A model generated the notes under the pieces. The model was not told where the DNA came from. It was given only the letters and a program-made list of their open reading frames with translations, and searched no databases. From assembly GCA_965203905.1 (NCBI GenBank), contig CBDBDQ010000005.1, positions 2,976,001 through 3,040,000 of the forward strand: 64,000 nucleotides of DNA, given 5' to 3'. Shown here piece by piece: positions 38,074-47,641 of this stretch (within the stretch, counting starts at the first letter, position 1; every line of letters begins with the position of its first letter). This DNA is from Spirochaetia bacterium (GTDB taxonomy: Bacteria > Spirochaetota > Spirochaetia > SZUA-6 > Bin103). The translations under genes and the position numbers were made by a program.

Positions 38074-39120
38074 GTGGGAAGAATGGTCAAATCCGTGCGC
38101 TGGACCGAGGACCTGACGCTGGCGGTCGGAGAGCGCGAGGCCGCCGATCCGGGTGCCGGTGAGGTGCAGGTTCGAGTCGGCAGCGTTGGCATCTGCGGTT
38201 CGGACCTACACTTCTATAGAGGAGAATTCAACGCTCGGCCGGGCGTGGTGCCGGGCCATGAGTGGGGCGGCACGGTGACAGCGGTCGGCAGCGGTGTCCG
38301 CCATGTGCGCGAGGGGGACCTGGTCGGCGTAGAGCCGGTGCTGCGATGTGGCACCTGCCCGTTTTGCCACAGCGGCGACTACCACGTGTGTGAGCAGCGG
38401 GGACTCGTTGGCGAAAATGTGGACGGTGGCATGACCGAGCTCGCCCTCACACCGGCGTTCACCGTCTTCACGGCACCGGCTGGGATCGACGTCGAGCTGA
38501 CTGCGCTGGCCGAGCCGCTGGCCTGCTCCGTGCACGGCTTCGACAAGGTCGGCCTGCGGCGCGGCGAGACCGTCCTCATCGTCGGTGCCGGATCCATCGG
38601 GCTCACCGCATTGCTGGCCGCCAGGGCTGCGAGCGCGACCACCATCATCGTCGCCCGCTATCCGCATCAGCAGCGAGCGGCGCGACGACTTGGCGCGCAC
38701 GAGGTGTTGGGCGACGACGAGGCGGGCCATGAACGGCTGGACGAGCTGGCCAGGAAGCGGCTGGTCGACGTGGCCGTCGAGACGGTAGGCGGAACGGGGG
38801 ACACGCTGCTGACGGCCCAGCGAGCGACGCGGCCGAAGGGAAGGGTCCTCCTGCTCGGCGTATTCACCAAGCGGACTGTCAGCATCGACCCGTTGCTCGC
38901 CGCGCTTCGCGAGCATCAGATCGTCGGCTCGATGACCTACGGGGCTCGCGACGGACGCACGGACTACGAGATGGCCATGGAGCTTCTCGCCGACCATGCC
39001 GACCACGGTCGCTCGCTCATCACCCAGCGCTTCCCGCTCGACGACGTGCACAGCGCGTTTGCCGCAGCGCTGGACAAGTCGTCGCAATCGATCAAGGTGC
39101 ACATCAGACCAAACGACTAA
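38074..39120 (+). CDS. Zn-dependent medium-chain alcohol dehydrogenase
   Basis: GICGSD, PGHE, C..C..C.......C structural Zn, EPLAC, GAGSIG. Confidence 0.92.
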   Translation: MGRMVKSVRWTEDLTLAVGEREAADPGAGEVQVRVGSVGICGSDLHFYRGEFNARPGVVPGHEWGGTVTAVGSGVRHVREGDLVGVEPVLRCGTCPFCHSGDYHVCEQRGLVGENVDGGMTELALTPAFTVFTAPAGIDVELTALAEPLACSVHGFDKVGLRRGETVLIVGAGSIGLTALLAARAASATTIIVARYPHQQRAARRLGAHEVLGDDEAGHERLDELARKRLVDVAVETVGGTGDTLLTAQRATRPKGRVLLLGVFTKRTVSIDPLLAALREHQIVGSMTYGARDGRTDYEMAMELLADHADHGRSLITQRFPLDDVHSAFAAALDKSSQSIKVHIRPND

Positions 39121-39138
39121 GGCGAAGGGGTTGGCGAC

Positions 39139-40617
39139 GTGAGTGCGCGGGCCGTCATGGTTCAGGGGACGGCTTCGGACGCGGGCAAGTCGGTGGTGGT
39201 GGCGGGGCTGTGCCGCGCGGCCCGGCGGCGGGGCTTGCGGGTGGCGCCGTTCAAGCCGCAGAACATGTCCAACAATGCCGCCGCCTGCGGCGACGGGGGC
39301 GAGATCGGCCGCGCCCAGGCGTTGCAGGCACGCGCCGCCGGCCTGGTGTCGCGCACCGACTTCAACCCGGTGCTGCTGAAGCCGCAGACCGACCGCGGCG
39401 CACAGGTGGTGGTGCACGGGCAGCCGGTCGGTATGCTGCACGCCGCCGACTACCGCGCCGGCCGCGGCCGCCTGCTGGGCGCGGTGATGGAGAGCTTCGC
39501 GCGCCTGGTGGCGGAATTCGACCTGGTGATCGTGGAGGGAGCCGGCAGTCCCGCGGAGGTGAACCTGCGCGCCGGCGACATCGCCAACATGGGCTTCGCG
39601 CGCCGCGCCGGGGTGCCGGTGTGCCTGCTCGGTGACATCGACCGCGGCGGGGTCATCGCCGCCCTGGCGGGCACTGGCGCCGTGCTGGAGGCCGCGGACC
39701 GGGCGCTCATTGCGGGGTTCCTGATCAACAAGCTGCGGGGCGCCCCGGCGCTGTTCGAGGACGGCGTGCGGATCATCGAACGCCACACCGGCTGGCCCTG
39801 CTTCGGCGTCGTTCCGTGGCTGCCGGCGGCGCAACGGCTCCCGGCGGAGGATGCCGCGTCGCTGCCGGAGACCGGCCGCGCGCGGGACGGCCGGGTGCGG
39901 ATCGCGGCGCCGGTGCTGTCGCGGCTGGCCAACCACGACGACGCCGACCCGCTACGGCTGGAGCCGAACGTGGACTTCGAGTTCGTGGCGCCGGGCCGGC
40001 CACTGCCGCGCGCAGCGGACGTGGTGCTGCTGTTCGGCACCAAGTCTACGATCGGCGACCTGGCGTTCCTGCGCGCCGAGGGCTGGGACCACGACATCCT
40101 GGCGCACGCCCGGGCCGGCGGACGCGTGGTCGGGGTGTGCGGCGGGTTCCAGATGCTGGGGCGCCGTGTCCACGACCCGGCGGGGACGGACGGGCCGGCC
40201 GGGTCGGTGGAAGGTCTTGGCCTGCTCGACCTGGAGACGACGATGCAGGAGGAGAAGACGGTGCGTCCCGCGCGCGGGCGCTGCGCTTTGAGCGATACTC
40301 CCGTCACCGGCTACGAGATTCACACCGGCCGCTCGCACGGCGCCGACCTGGCGCGGCCGCTGTTTCACCTGGAGACCGGCGCGGACGGCGCGCGCAGTGC
40401 CGACGGACTGGTCGAGGGTACCTATCTGCACGGCCTGTTCGCGAACGACGCCTACCGGCGCTCCTGGCTGGAGCGCGTCGCGGCGGGCTCGGCGTCGTCG
40501 CTGCAGTACGAGGCGGTCGTGGACGCGGCGCTGGACGAGGTAGCGGATGCCCTGGCTGCGGCGCTCGACCTGGACGCTCTGTTCGGTGCCGCGCGCCGGC
40601 CCGACGTCGCCGTCTGA
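39139..40617 (+). CDS. cobQ: Cobyric acid synthase
   Basis: QGTASDAGKS, PFKPQNMSNN, NPVLLKP, EGAGSPAEVNL, CGGFQMLG, GTYLHG. Confidence 0.96.
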   Translation: MSARAVMVQGTASDAGKSVVVAGLCRAARRRGLRVAPFKPQNMSNNAAACGDGGEIGRAQALQARAAGLVSRTDFNPVLLKPQTDRGAQVVVHGQPVGMLHAADYRAGRGRLLGAVMESFARLVAEFDLVIVEGAGSPAEVNLRAGDIANMGFARRAGVPVCLLGDIDRGGVIAALAGTGAVLEAADRALIAGFLINKLRGAPALFEDGVRIIERHTGWPCFGVVPWLPAAQRLPAEDAASLPETGRARDGRVRIAAPVLSRLANHDDADPLRLEPNVDFEFVAPGRPLPRAADVVLLFGTKSTIGDLAFLRAEGWDHDILAHARAGGRVVGVCGGFQMLGRRVHDPAGTDGPAGSVEGLGLLDLETTMQEEKTVRPARGRCALSDTPVTGYEIHTGRSHGADLARPLFHLETGADGARSADGLVEGTYLHGLFANDAYRRSWLERVAAGSASSLQYEAVVDAALDEVADALAAALDLDALFGAARRPDVAV

Positions 40618-40631
40618 TCCGTCCCGGCGGG

Positions 40632-41198
40632 TCAGGGCTCGATTTGAGAGAACGGCTGCGGGTTCAGTTGGTTCAGCTCCAGGGCGAGCCCGGCCACCAT
40701 GAGGTATACGCGGTCGGCGCGCGCGGCAACGAGTTGATTCACACGGCCAAGCGCGTCGCGGTAGACGCGTCCCAGCGGCGACGGCGGCACCACGCCGAGC
40801 CCCACCTCGTTGCTGATCACGATCCAGGTCGCCGTGGAGCGGCCGATCATCTCGACCAGCGTTTCCGCGGCGTCGAGGATTACCGGTTCCGCGCCGGAGC
40901 CGTCCGGGTGCCGCAGCAGCAGGTTGCTGACCCACAGGGTGAGGCAGTCCAGCACCACCGTGTCATAGCGGTCCAGGATCGGGCCGGCCGCGGCAACCGG
41001 GTCGAGCGGCTCCTCCAGGGTGTCCCAGGCGCTCGGCCGCCGTGCGCGGTGGGCGGAAATGCGGCGGCGCATCTCGTCGTCCAGCGCCTCCGCGGTGGCG
41101 ATGAACAGTACCCGCCGGCCGGCCTGTGCCAGCCGCTCCGCCGCGGCGCTCTTGCCGGCGCGGGCGCCGCCGAGCAGCAGGATCAGCTCGCCGTTCAC
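40632..41198 (-). CDS. cobU: Adenosylcobinamide kinase / cobinamide-phosphate guanylyltransferase
   Basis: GGARAGKS, DDEMRRRI..HR..R, DCLTLWVSN, SNEVGLG, RD.LG.VNQ; GTG start overlapping upstream stop. Confidence 0.95.
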   Translation of the reverse strand: MNGELILLLGGARAGKSAAAERLAQAGRRVLFIATAEALDDEMRRRISAHRARRPSAWDTLEEPLDPVAAAGPILDRYDTVVLDCLTLWVSNLLLRHPDGSGAEPVILDAAETLVEMIGRSTATWIVISNEVGLGVVPPSPLGRVYRDALGRVNQLVAARADRVYLMVAGLALELNQLNPQPFSQIEP

Positions 41199-41836
41199 GC
41201 CGTCGACTCCGGGAGCGGCGGCGGCAGGTGGCTGGTGTCGTTGAGCAGCTCGAGCGCGGCGCCGCCGTCGTCGTACAGGGTCACGGCGGACAATCCCCCG
41301 TTGTCCAGCCGGAACCGCCACATGCTGGCTGCGGGCAACTCCAGCAGGCGCACGAGCGCCGCGCACAGCGAGCCGCCGTGGGCCACCAGCAGCAGGTTGC
41401 CGCGGTCGCGGCCGTGCGCCGCGCGCAGGCGGTCGACCGCGGCCGCCACCCGCTGCAACAGTTGCCGGTCGCTCTCGCCTCCTGGGGGCGCGAACGATCC
41501 AGCGTCGGCGAACAGCTCAGCGTACCGGTCCGGGTAGCGGGCCTCCACCTCGGCGAAGGTCATTCCTTCCCACTCTCCGAAGCTCTTCTCGCGCAGTGCG
41601 GGGAGGGTGACCAGCGGCAGGTCGTCCCTGCCGTGCAGGATCGGCGCCGCGGTCTCGGTGACCCGGCGCAGGTCGCTGGCGTAGGCGGCGCTGAAGCGCA
41701 ACGGGCGCAGGCGCGTGGCGAGCGCCCGCGCCTGCGCCCGTCCCGCGGCGTTGAGCGGCACCTGCGACTGGCCCTGCGCGCGTCCGGCGGCATTCCAGTC
41801 GGTCTCTCCATGGCGCACCAGGTACCACCTACCCAT
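41195..41836 (-). CDS. cobC: Histidine phosphatase (alpha-ribazole phosphatase)
   Basis: LVRHGETDWN, SDLRR, FGEWEG, PPGGES, VAHGG; cob operon context. Confidence 0.85.
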   Translation of the reverse strand: MGRWYLVRHGETDWNAAGRAQGQSQVPLNAAGRAQARALATRLRPLRFSAAYASDLRRVTETAAPILHGRDDLPLVTLPALREKSFGEWEGMTFAEVEARYPDRYAELFADAGSFAPPGGESDRQLLQRVAAAVDRLRAAHGRDRGNLLLVAHGGSLCAALVRLLELPAASMWRFRLDNGGLSAVTLYDDGGAALELLNDTSHLPPPLPESTA

Positions 41837-42905
41837 CGCCGTTCCCGAGCACTTCCCGCAACGCCCCGGCCAGCCGCCGGCAGTCCGCGATGCGGCGCAC
41901 GCCGATGCGTACGTGGTCGGGCAACCCGAACGAGGCACAGTCGCGTACGCACATCCGGTGTTCCCGCAGCAGCCGCAGTCGCAGCTCGGCGGCGGCGCCG
42001 ACGCCTGCCAGCAGGAAGTTGGCGCTGGCCTCGGTACAGGACAGGCCCAGACGCCCGAGCTCGTGTGTCAGGTAGCTGCGGCCGCAGCGCACCGCCTCGC
42101 GTCCGCGGGCGACGTGGGCACCGTCCGCCAGCGCCGCCACCCCGGCGGCCTGCGCCGCGGCGTTCACGCTCCAACTGTGCTGAAACCTGCGCACCCGCTC
42201 CACCACGGCGCGAGAGGACAGCAGGTAGCCGAGCCGGAGACCGGTGAGCGCGTGGTCCTTGGTCATCGACCGCAACAGCACGACGTTGCCCAGCCGCAGC
42301 AGCCCGGTCGCGTCCCAGCCCCGCTCCACGAACGGCGCGTAAGCCTCGTCCAGCACCAGCAGTCCGGCGTCTCCCAGCGCCGCGGCGATCGCCTCCAGGT
42401 GGTCCGCGCCCAGGTAGGTGCCGGTCGGGTTGTTCGGGTTGCACAGGAACAGCAGCGTAGGCCGCAACGCCGCGATGAGCCGCGCCGCCGCGGGCAGGTC
42501 CCAGCGGAACGTGCGGCGCTCGGCGGGCGCGATGGGGACCGGGGCCACCCCCTGCAGGCGGCACGCGGCCTCGAACTCGCCGAACGTCGGAGTAAAGATG
42601 GCCGCCGCAGCGCCGGACCGTAGCAGGGCACGGGCGATCAGGTGAATCAGCTCGGTAGCGCCGTTCCCGATCAGGATGCGATCCGCCTGCAGGCCCAGGC
42701 GGTCGGCCAGGGCGGCGCGCAATTCGCGGCACTCCGGGTCAGGATAGGCCGCCAGGTCCAGGTGGCGCAGCGCCTCGGTCACCGCGGGAGAGACGCCCAG
42801 CGGGTTGATGCTGGCGCTGAAGTCCAGCACCTCTGCCGCACGCAGTCCCAGCGCGCGCAGTTCCGCGAGATTGAGGCCGCCGTGTACCGGCCGCGAGGGA
42901 TGCAC
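41829..42905 (-). CDS. cobD: Threonine-phosphate decarboxylase (PLP)
   Basis: HGG, LDFSASINPLG, YPD, GNGATE, CNPNNPTG, DEAY, RSMTK, GLRLGY; AGGAGGT SD before GTG. Confidence 0.88.
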   Translation of the reverse strand: MHPSRPVHGGLNLAELRALGLRAAEVLDFSASINPLGVSPAVTEALRHLDLAAYPDPECRELRAALADRLGLQADRILIGNGATELIHLIARALLRSGAAAAIFTPTFGEFEAACRLQGVAPVPIAPAERRTFRWDLPAAARLIAALRPTLLFLCNPNNPTGTYLGADHLEAIAAALGDAGLLVLDEAYAPFVERGWDATGLLRLGNVVLLRSMTKDHALTGLRLGYLLSSRAVVERVRRFQHSWSVNAAAQAAGVAALADGAHVARGREAVRCGRSYLTHELGRLGLSCTEASANFLLAGVGAAAELRLRLLREHRMCVRDCASFGLPDHVRIGVRRIADCRRLAGALREVLGNGDG

Positions 42906-42916
42906 CCGACCTCCTG

Positions 42917-43882
42917 TCAGCCCCAAGGCAGCGCGCGCAAGGCGCTCACCACGACCGACCCGGCCATGGCGAGCGCCGCCGCGGCATAGGCCAGCCGCTC
43001 CGCCTCGGCGAGGTCGCGCCACGCCGGATCGCGCAGGCCGTGGCCGATACGGTAGTGACCGAGCTTTTCCAGGGCCACGCCCAGCAGCCCGGCGCAGGCG
43101 CCGATGGTCCAGCCGCCGTTGGGGCTGGCGGTGCGGCGGTGGTCGCGCCACGCGATGCGCCAGCCGCGCCGTGCCGGCAGGCGCCGGAGCGCTCCCGCCG
43201 CCAGCAGCAGCGCCGCGCTCAGCCGCGCCGGCACCAGGTTTACCAGGTCATCCAGCCGTGCGGCCGCCTTGCCCAGGTACTCGTACCTGCCGCGATAGCC
43301 GATCATGCTGTCGAGCGTGTTGATGGCCCGGTAGGCCACGGCACCCGGCAGGCCGAACAGCGCGAACGCGAGCCAGGGACCGACGTAGCCGTCCGTCGTG
43401 TTCTCGGCCACCGACTCGATCGCCGCCATGGCGACCTGCGGTGCGCTGAGCGCGCTGGCATCGCGGCTCACCAGGCGCCTCAGGCTGGCGCGCGCGCGGT
43501 GGATCGCCCCCGCCTGCAGGGCGCCGCGCGTGCTGCGGGCGGCGTGCCCCAGCTCCCTGACGGCGAAGGTGGTCTTCAGCAGAACCGCGGTACCTATCAG
43601 GTAGGGGAGGGGACCGGCCGCGCGCAGCGCCATGGCGGCCAGCCATCCCAGGACGCCGCAGCCGAGCGGCACCAGCAGGGCGATGCCCAGGCCCGCCGCC
43701 AGCGCTGCCGTGGGTCGCTCCGGGCCGGGCGCCCTGCTTTCCAGGAACTCGATCAGCTTGCCCATCCAAACCACCGGGTGCAGCGCCGCCGGCGGCTCGC
43801 GCCACACCAGGTCCACCGCCAGCGCCAGCAGCAGTGCCCCGGCATCGAGGCCCCAGGCGTCCAACCACGGCGGCAACGGCAT
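42917..43882 (-). CDS. cbiB: Adenosylcobinamide-phosphate synthase
   Basis: HPVVWMG, LVSRD, ESVAENTTDG, YRAINTLDSMIGYR, ARLDD..N.VPAR, SPNGG. Confidence 0.95.
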   Translation of the reverse strand: MPLPPWLDAWGLDAGALLLALAVDLVWREPPAALHPVVWMGKLIEFLESRAPGPERPTAALAAGLGIALLVPLGCGVLGWLAAMALRAAGPLPYLIGTAVLLKTTFAVRELGHAARSTRGALQAGAIHRARASLRRLVSRDASALSAPQVAMAAIESVAENTTDGYVGPWLAFALFGLPGAVAYRAINTLDSMIGYRGRYEYLGKAAARLDDLVNLVPARLSAALLLAAGALRRLPARRGWRIAWRDHRRTASPNGGWTIGACAGLLGVALEKLGHYRIGHGLRDPAWRDLAEAERLAYAAAALAMAGSVVVSALRALPWG

Positions 43883-43887
43883 CGGCA

Positions 43888-44661
43888 CTAGCCCGGCGTC
43901 CCCGCGCCGCCGCCGGTGAGGATGATGACGGCAAGCGCCAGGACGGCGGCTTCCACCATCTCGTTCACGGCACCGTAGATGTCGCCGGTCACCCCGCCCA
44001 GCAGCCGGGTCGCCCAGGCACCGGCGGCCCACGCAACCGCGCCGGCCAGCACCACCAGCGCCAGTCCCGGCAGCCCGGACAGGACCACGGCGGCCGCCAG
44101 CGCCAGCGGCGCACCGCTCCACAGCGCGAAGCGGCCGCGGTGCTCCAGCAACGGGGTGCCGAGGCCCGCGCGCCGCAGGTAGGGGAACCACTCCATGACC
44201 AGCAGTATCGCCGCCCGCGACAGGCAGGGGAACAGGAGCAGGATCCGCCCCCGGCTACCCTCCGGCAGCGCGGCCAGGGCCGCGAACTTGACCAGCAGCA
44301 GGCACGCCACGCCGGCCACCGCGAAGGCGCCCACGTGGGGATCCCTGAGGATCTCCAGGCGGCGGCCGCGGTCGTAGCCCCCGAACAGCGCATCGCAGCT
44401 GTCCATGAATCCGTCCAGGTGCAGGCCCCGGGTCAGGGCGGCGAGCGCCGCCACCAGCAGGGCGCCGGTCAGGAGCGGCGGCAGTTGCAGCGCCCGCAGC
44501 CCGGCGTCGAGCGCCGCTAGCAGCGCGCCCAGCAGCAGGCCGACCGCCGGAAACCAGGCGCGGGCGTGCGCGAGGCCGGCCGCCGGGTCGCGTGGCGCGA
44601 GCGGCAGGATGGTCAGGAAGCCGAGTGCGGCGCGGCAGGAAGCGAGCGGGTGGGCCGGCAT
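43888..44661 (-). CDS. cobS: Cobalamin synthase
   Basis: FLTILP, GLHLDGFMD.CD, L.I.RDP.VGAF, GGVTGDIYGA..E. Confidence 0.95.
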   Translation of the reverse strand: MPAHPLASCRAALGFLTILPLAPRDPAAGLAHARAWFPAVGLLLGALLAALDAGLRALQLPPLLTGALLVAALAALTRGLHLDGFMDSCDALFGGYDRGRRLEILRDPHVGAFAVAGVACLLLVKFAALAALPEGSRGRILLLFPCLSRAAILLVMEWFPYLRRAGLGTPLLEHRGRFALWSGAPLALAAAVVLSGLPGLALVVLAGAVAWAAGAWATRLLGGVTGDIYGAVNEMVEAAVLALAVIILTGGGAGTPG

Positions 44662-44665
44662 GGCG

Positions 44666-45724
44666 TCAGCGGTCGCGGTCGGAGACGCCGGCCTGGGCGA
44701 AGGTGGCCATCTGGGTCAGGCAGGCGGCGGCGGCCGAGACGATGGGCAGCGCGAGCAGGGCGCCGGTCCCCTCCCCGAGACGCAGCTCCAGGTCCAGCAG
44801 CGGGTCGAGCCCGAGCCGCGCCAGCACGGCGCGGTGGCCCGGTTCGGCGGAGCGGTGGGCGGCGATCAGGTAGTCGCGGACCGCCGGACACAGGCCCTGG
44901 GCCAGCAGCGCGGCGGCGCCGGCGATGAAGCCATCCAGCACCACGGCACGGCGCCGGCAGGCCGTTCCCAGCACCACCCCCGCCAGCACGCCGATCTCGA
45001 AGCCCCCCACCTTGGCCAGCACTCCGAGCGTGTCGTCCGGGTCGGGCGCGTTGCATTGCAGCGCCCGGCGCACCACCGCCACCTTGTGGTACAGCTGCTC
45101 CGGCGAGCGCCCGGTGCCCGGTCCGGTGGTGTCCTCCGGCGCACTGCCGGTCAGCACCGCGCTGACGGCGCTGGCGGCGGTGGTGTTGCCGATCCCCATC
45201 TCGCCGGTGGCGATCAGGTCCGCGCCCGCGTCAGCCGCCTCGGCGGCGAGCCCGATGCCCGCTTCCAGGCAGCGCTGCGCCTGCTGCCGCGACATCGCCG
45301 GCCCGCGGCTGATGTCAGCCGTGCCGCGCCCGGCGCGCAGGAGTCGCAACGCGGGATGCGGCGCCGGCGCGTCCGCCGCGATGCCCGCGTCCACCACGAT
45401 CTGACGCACCCCGAGCAGCCTGGCCATGACGCTCACCGCGGCCCCGCCGGCGAGGAAGTTCGTCACCATCTGCGCCGTAACCGCCTGCGGGTAGCCGGTC
45501 ACCCCCTGCGCCACCACCCCGTGGTCGCCGGCCGCCACGATCAGCGCCGAGTTCCGGATCACGGGCCGCTCGCTGCCGAAGATGCCGGCGAGTCGAATCG
45601 ACACCGCCTCGAGCCGGCCCAGGCTGCCGGGCGGCTTGGTCAGGGTGGGGTGCCGCGCTGCGGCGCGCTGCATGGCGGCGGCGTCGGCCGGGACGATGCG
45701 CGCGAGGGTGTCGGCCAGCGTCAT
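44666..45724 (-). CDS. cobT: Nicotinate-nucleotide-dimethylbenzimidazole phosphoribosyltransferase
   Basis: LTKPPGSLGRLE, GDHGV, GEMGIGNTT, GGFEI, LDGFI, LRLGEGTGA. Confidence 0.96.
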   Translation of the reverse strand: MTLADTLARIVPADAAAMQRAAARHPTLTKPPGSLGRLEAVSIRLAGIFGSERPVIRNSALIVAAGDHGVVAQGVTGYPQAVTAQMVTNFLAGGAAVSVMARLLGVRQIVVDAGIAADAPAPHPALRLLRAGRGTADISRGPAMSRQQAQRCLEAGIGLAAEAADAGADLIATGEMGIGNTTAASAVSAVLTGSAPEDTTGPGTGRSPEQLYHKVAVVRRALQCNAPDPDDTLGVLAKVGGFEIGVLAGVVLGTACRRRAVVLDGFIAGAAALLAQGLCPAVRDYLIAAHRSAEPGHRAVLARLGLDPLLDLELRLGEGTGALLALPIVSAAAACLTQMATFAQAGVSDRDR

Positions 45725-46566
45725 GAGGCGGATGCGGCCGCGGTCGGGCCGAGCAGGCGCACCTGCGGCGTACCGGTGCCGGCATCGTGCTCCACCACCG
45801 CCTCGACGCCGAACACCTCCCGGAAGTGCCGCGGCGTGAACACCTCGCGCGGCGTCCCCTGGGCTGCGATCGAGCCGCCCGCAAGCAGCGCCAGCCGGTC
45901 GCAGTACCTGCTGGCCAGCAACACGTCGTGCAGCGCCACCACGACCGCCACCCCAGCGCCGGCCACTTCCGAACGCAGCGTCTCCATCGCCGCGAGCTGG
46001 TGCCTCAGGTCGAGCCCGGCGGCGGGCTCGTCGAGCAGCAGGAAGCGCGCCTGCTGCGCCAGGGCGCGGGCCAGCAGCACCCGCTGCCGCTCGCCGCCGG
46101 AGACCTCGTCCAGTTGCCGGCTCGCGAACCGCTCGGTCTCGGTGCGCGCCAGCATCGCGCGCGCGATGCGCCGGTCGCCGGCCCCCTCCAGCGCGAACCG
46201 GCTCAGGTGCGGATACCTGCCCATCAGCACCGTCTCCAGCGCCGTGAACGGGTGTGCCGCTTCCTGCTGCGGCAGGAACGCGATCCGGCGCGCGCGGTCC
46301 CGCGCCGGCAACGTCGCCAGCTCCACCGCTCCCAGCCGTACCGAACCGGCTTCGGGGCGCAGCACCCCGGCCAGCACCCGCAGCAGGGTGCTCTTGCCGG
46401 CGCCGTTCGGGCCCACCAGTCCGGTCAGCTCGCCGGGGCGCGCGGTGAACGACACCGCGTCGAGCACCGGCGTCGCGCCGAGGGTCACGGATACCTCGCG
46501 CGCCGCCAGCACTTGGTCGCCCGAGCCGACGCCGGGCGCCGGATCGGGTGGCCGGGCCAGGGTCAC
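45721..46566 (-). CDS. btuD: Cobalamin/siderophore ABC transporter ATPase (BtuD-like)
   Basis: GPNGAGKST, SGGERQR, LLLDEP, LHD; operon context. Confidence 0.88.
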   Translation of the reverse strand: MTLARPPDPAPGVGSGDQVLAAREVSVTLGATPVLDAVSFTARPGELTGLVGPNGAGKSTLLRVLAGVLRPEAGSVRLGAVELATLPARDRARRIAFLPQQEAAHPFTALETVLMGRYPHLSRFALEGAGDRRIARAMLARTETERFASRQLDEVSGGERQRVLLARALAQQARFLLLDEPAAGLDLRHQLAAMETLRSEVAGAGVAVVVALHDVLLASRYCDRLALLAGGSIAAQGTPREVFTPRHFREVFGVEAVVEHDAGTGTPQVRLLGPTAAASAS

Positions 46567-47594
46567 GACTCCGCGTAGGGCTCGAAGTCGGTGAAGGTAA
46601 CGTCCTGGAAGCGGTCCGGGTACAGCAGGCGCGCCGTCTCCTCGATGCCGCGCACGTTCCAGTGCGAGAGGGTGGTGTAGTAGCGGGGAGCAACCACCAG
46701 GACCCGTTGCTCGGCGATCGCCGGCACCTCGGCCAGCGCGCGGTCGGCCAGCAGGTCGGCGCGCAGCTCGATCCCGCCGGAGTCCTCCGGCTGCGTGATC
46801 AGGATCAGGTCCGGGTTCATGGCGGCGATCGATTCCAGGCTGACCGTCTGGTGGCCGGCAATGCCGTCGCGGGCGGCCGCATTGATGCCGCCGGCCGCCT
46901 CGATGATGCCGCCTTCGGTGGAACCGGCGCCGGCCGCATAGGTGGACTCGGCGAAGCGGGCGATGGCCAGCACCGCGGGCCGCGACCGATCGTCCGGCGG
47001 CGGCACGCGGTCGCCGACCACGGCCAGCCGCTGCTCGATTTCGGCGACCAGCTCCAGGGCGCGTTCCTCGACCCCGAGCAGATAACCGAGCAGCAGGATG
47101 TTGGGGATGTTGCCGGCGGCCGAGTTCTCCAGCGCGGAGCGCACCACCGGTACGCCCGCCTCCTTCAGCAGGGCGACCATGTCCGCCTTGGTGTACTTGG
47201 AGACCACCACCACGTCCGGCTTCGCCGCCAGCACGTTCTCGACGCCGCGCTGCACCTGGGCCATGCCGGCAACCAGGCCGGCGACGTTGGAATAGGTCGG
47301 ATCGGCCGTGAACGGTCCCACGCCCGCGAACCGCTCGCGCGGCAGCAGGGCCAGCAGCATCTCGTCGTGGCCGAGCGAGAGGGCCAGCACCCGTTGCGGC
47401 GGCGCTTCCAGGCGCACCACGCCTTCCGCCGACTCGACCGCGCGCGGCCAGCCCCGATTCGCCACGTCGACGATACCGGGCACCGCCGGGTAGTCGGCCG
47501 GCGTCAGGGCGGTCGCGGCGGCGGCGCACGCGGCCGCCAGCCCGGCGTACACCACGGTCCGTACGAACGATCGTACGAAGTTCAGAGTATCCAT
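46563..47594 (-). CDS. btuF: Corrinoid-binding periplasmic protein (BtuF-like)
   Basis: PQRVLALS, E.VLA.KPDVV, SLESIAAMNPDLI, PAI; AAGGAGG SD. Confidence 0.85.
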   Translation of the reverse strand: MDTLNFVRSFVRTVVYAGLAAACAAAATALTPADYPAVPGIVDVANRGWPRAVESAEGVVRLEAPPQRVLALSLGHDEMLLALLPRERFAGVGPFTADPTYSNVAGLVAGMAQVQRGVENVLAAKPDVVVVSKYTKADMVALLKEAGVPVVRSALENSAAGNIPNILLLGYLLGVEERALELVAEIEQRLAVVGDRVPPPDDRSRPAVLAIARFAESTYAAGAGSTEGGIIEAAGGINAAARDGIAGHQTVSLESIAAMNPDLILITQPEDSGGIELRADLLADRALAEVPAIAEQRVLVVAPRYYTTLSHWNVRGIEETARLLYPDRFQDVTFTDFEPYAES

Positions 47595-47641
47595 GAGTCC
47601 TCCTTGCATGGATTGAACGGATTTCCAGGGTCAGGTTTCAT

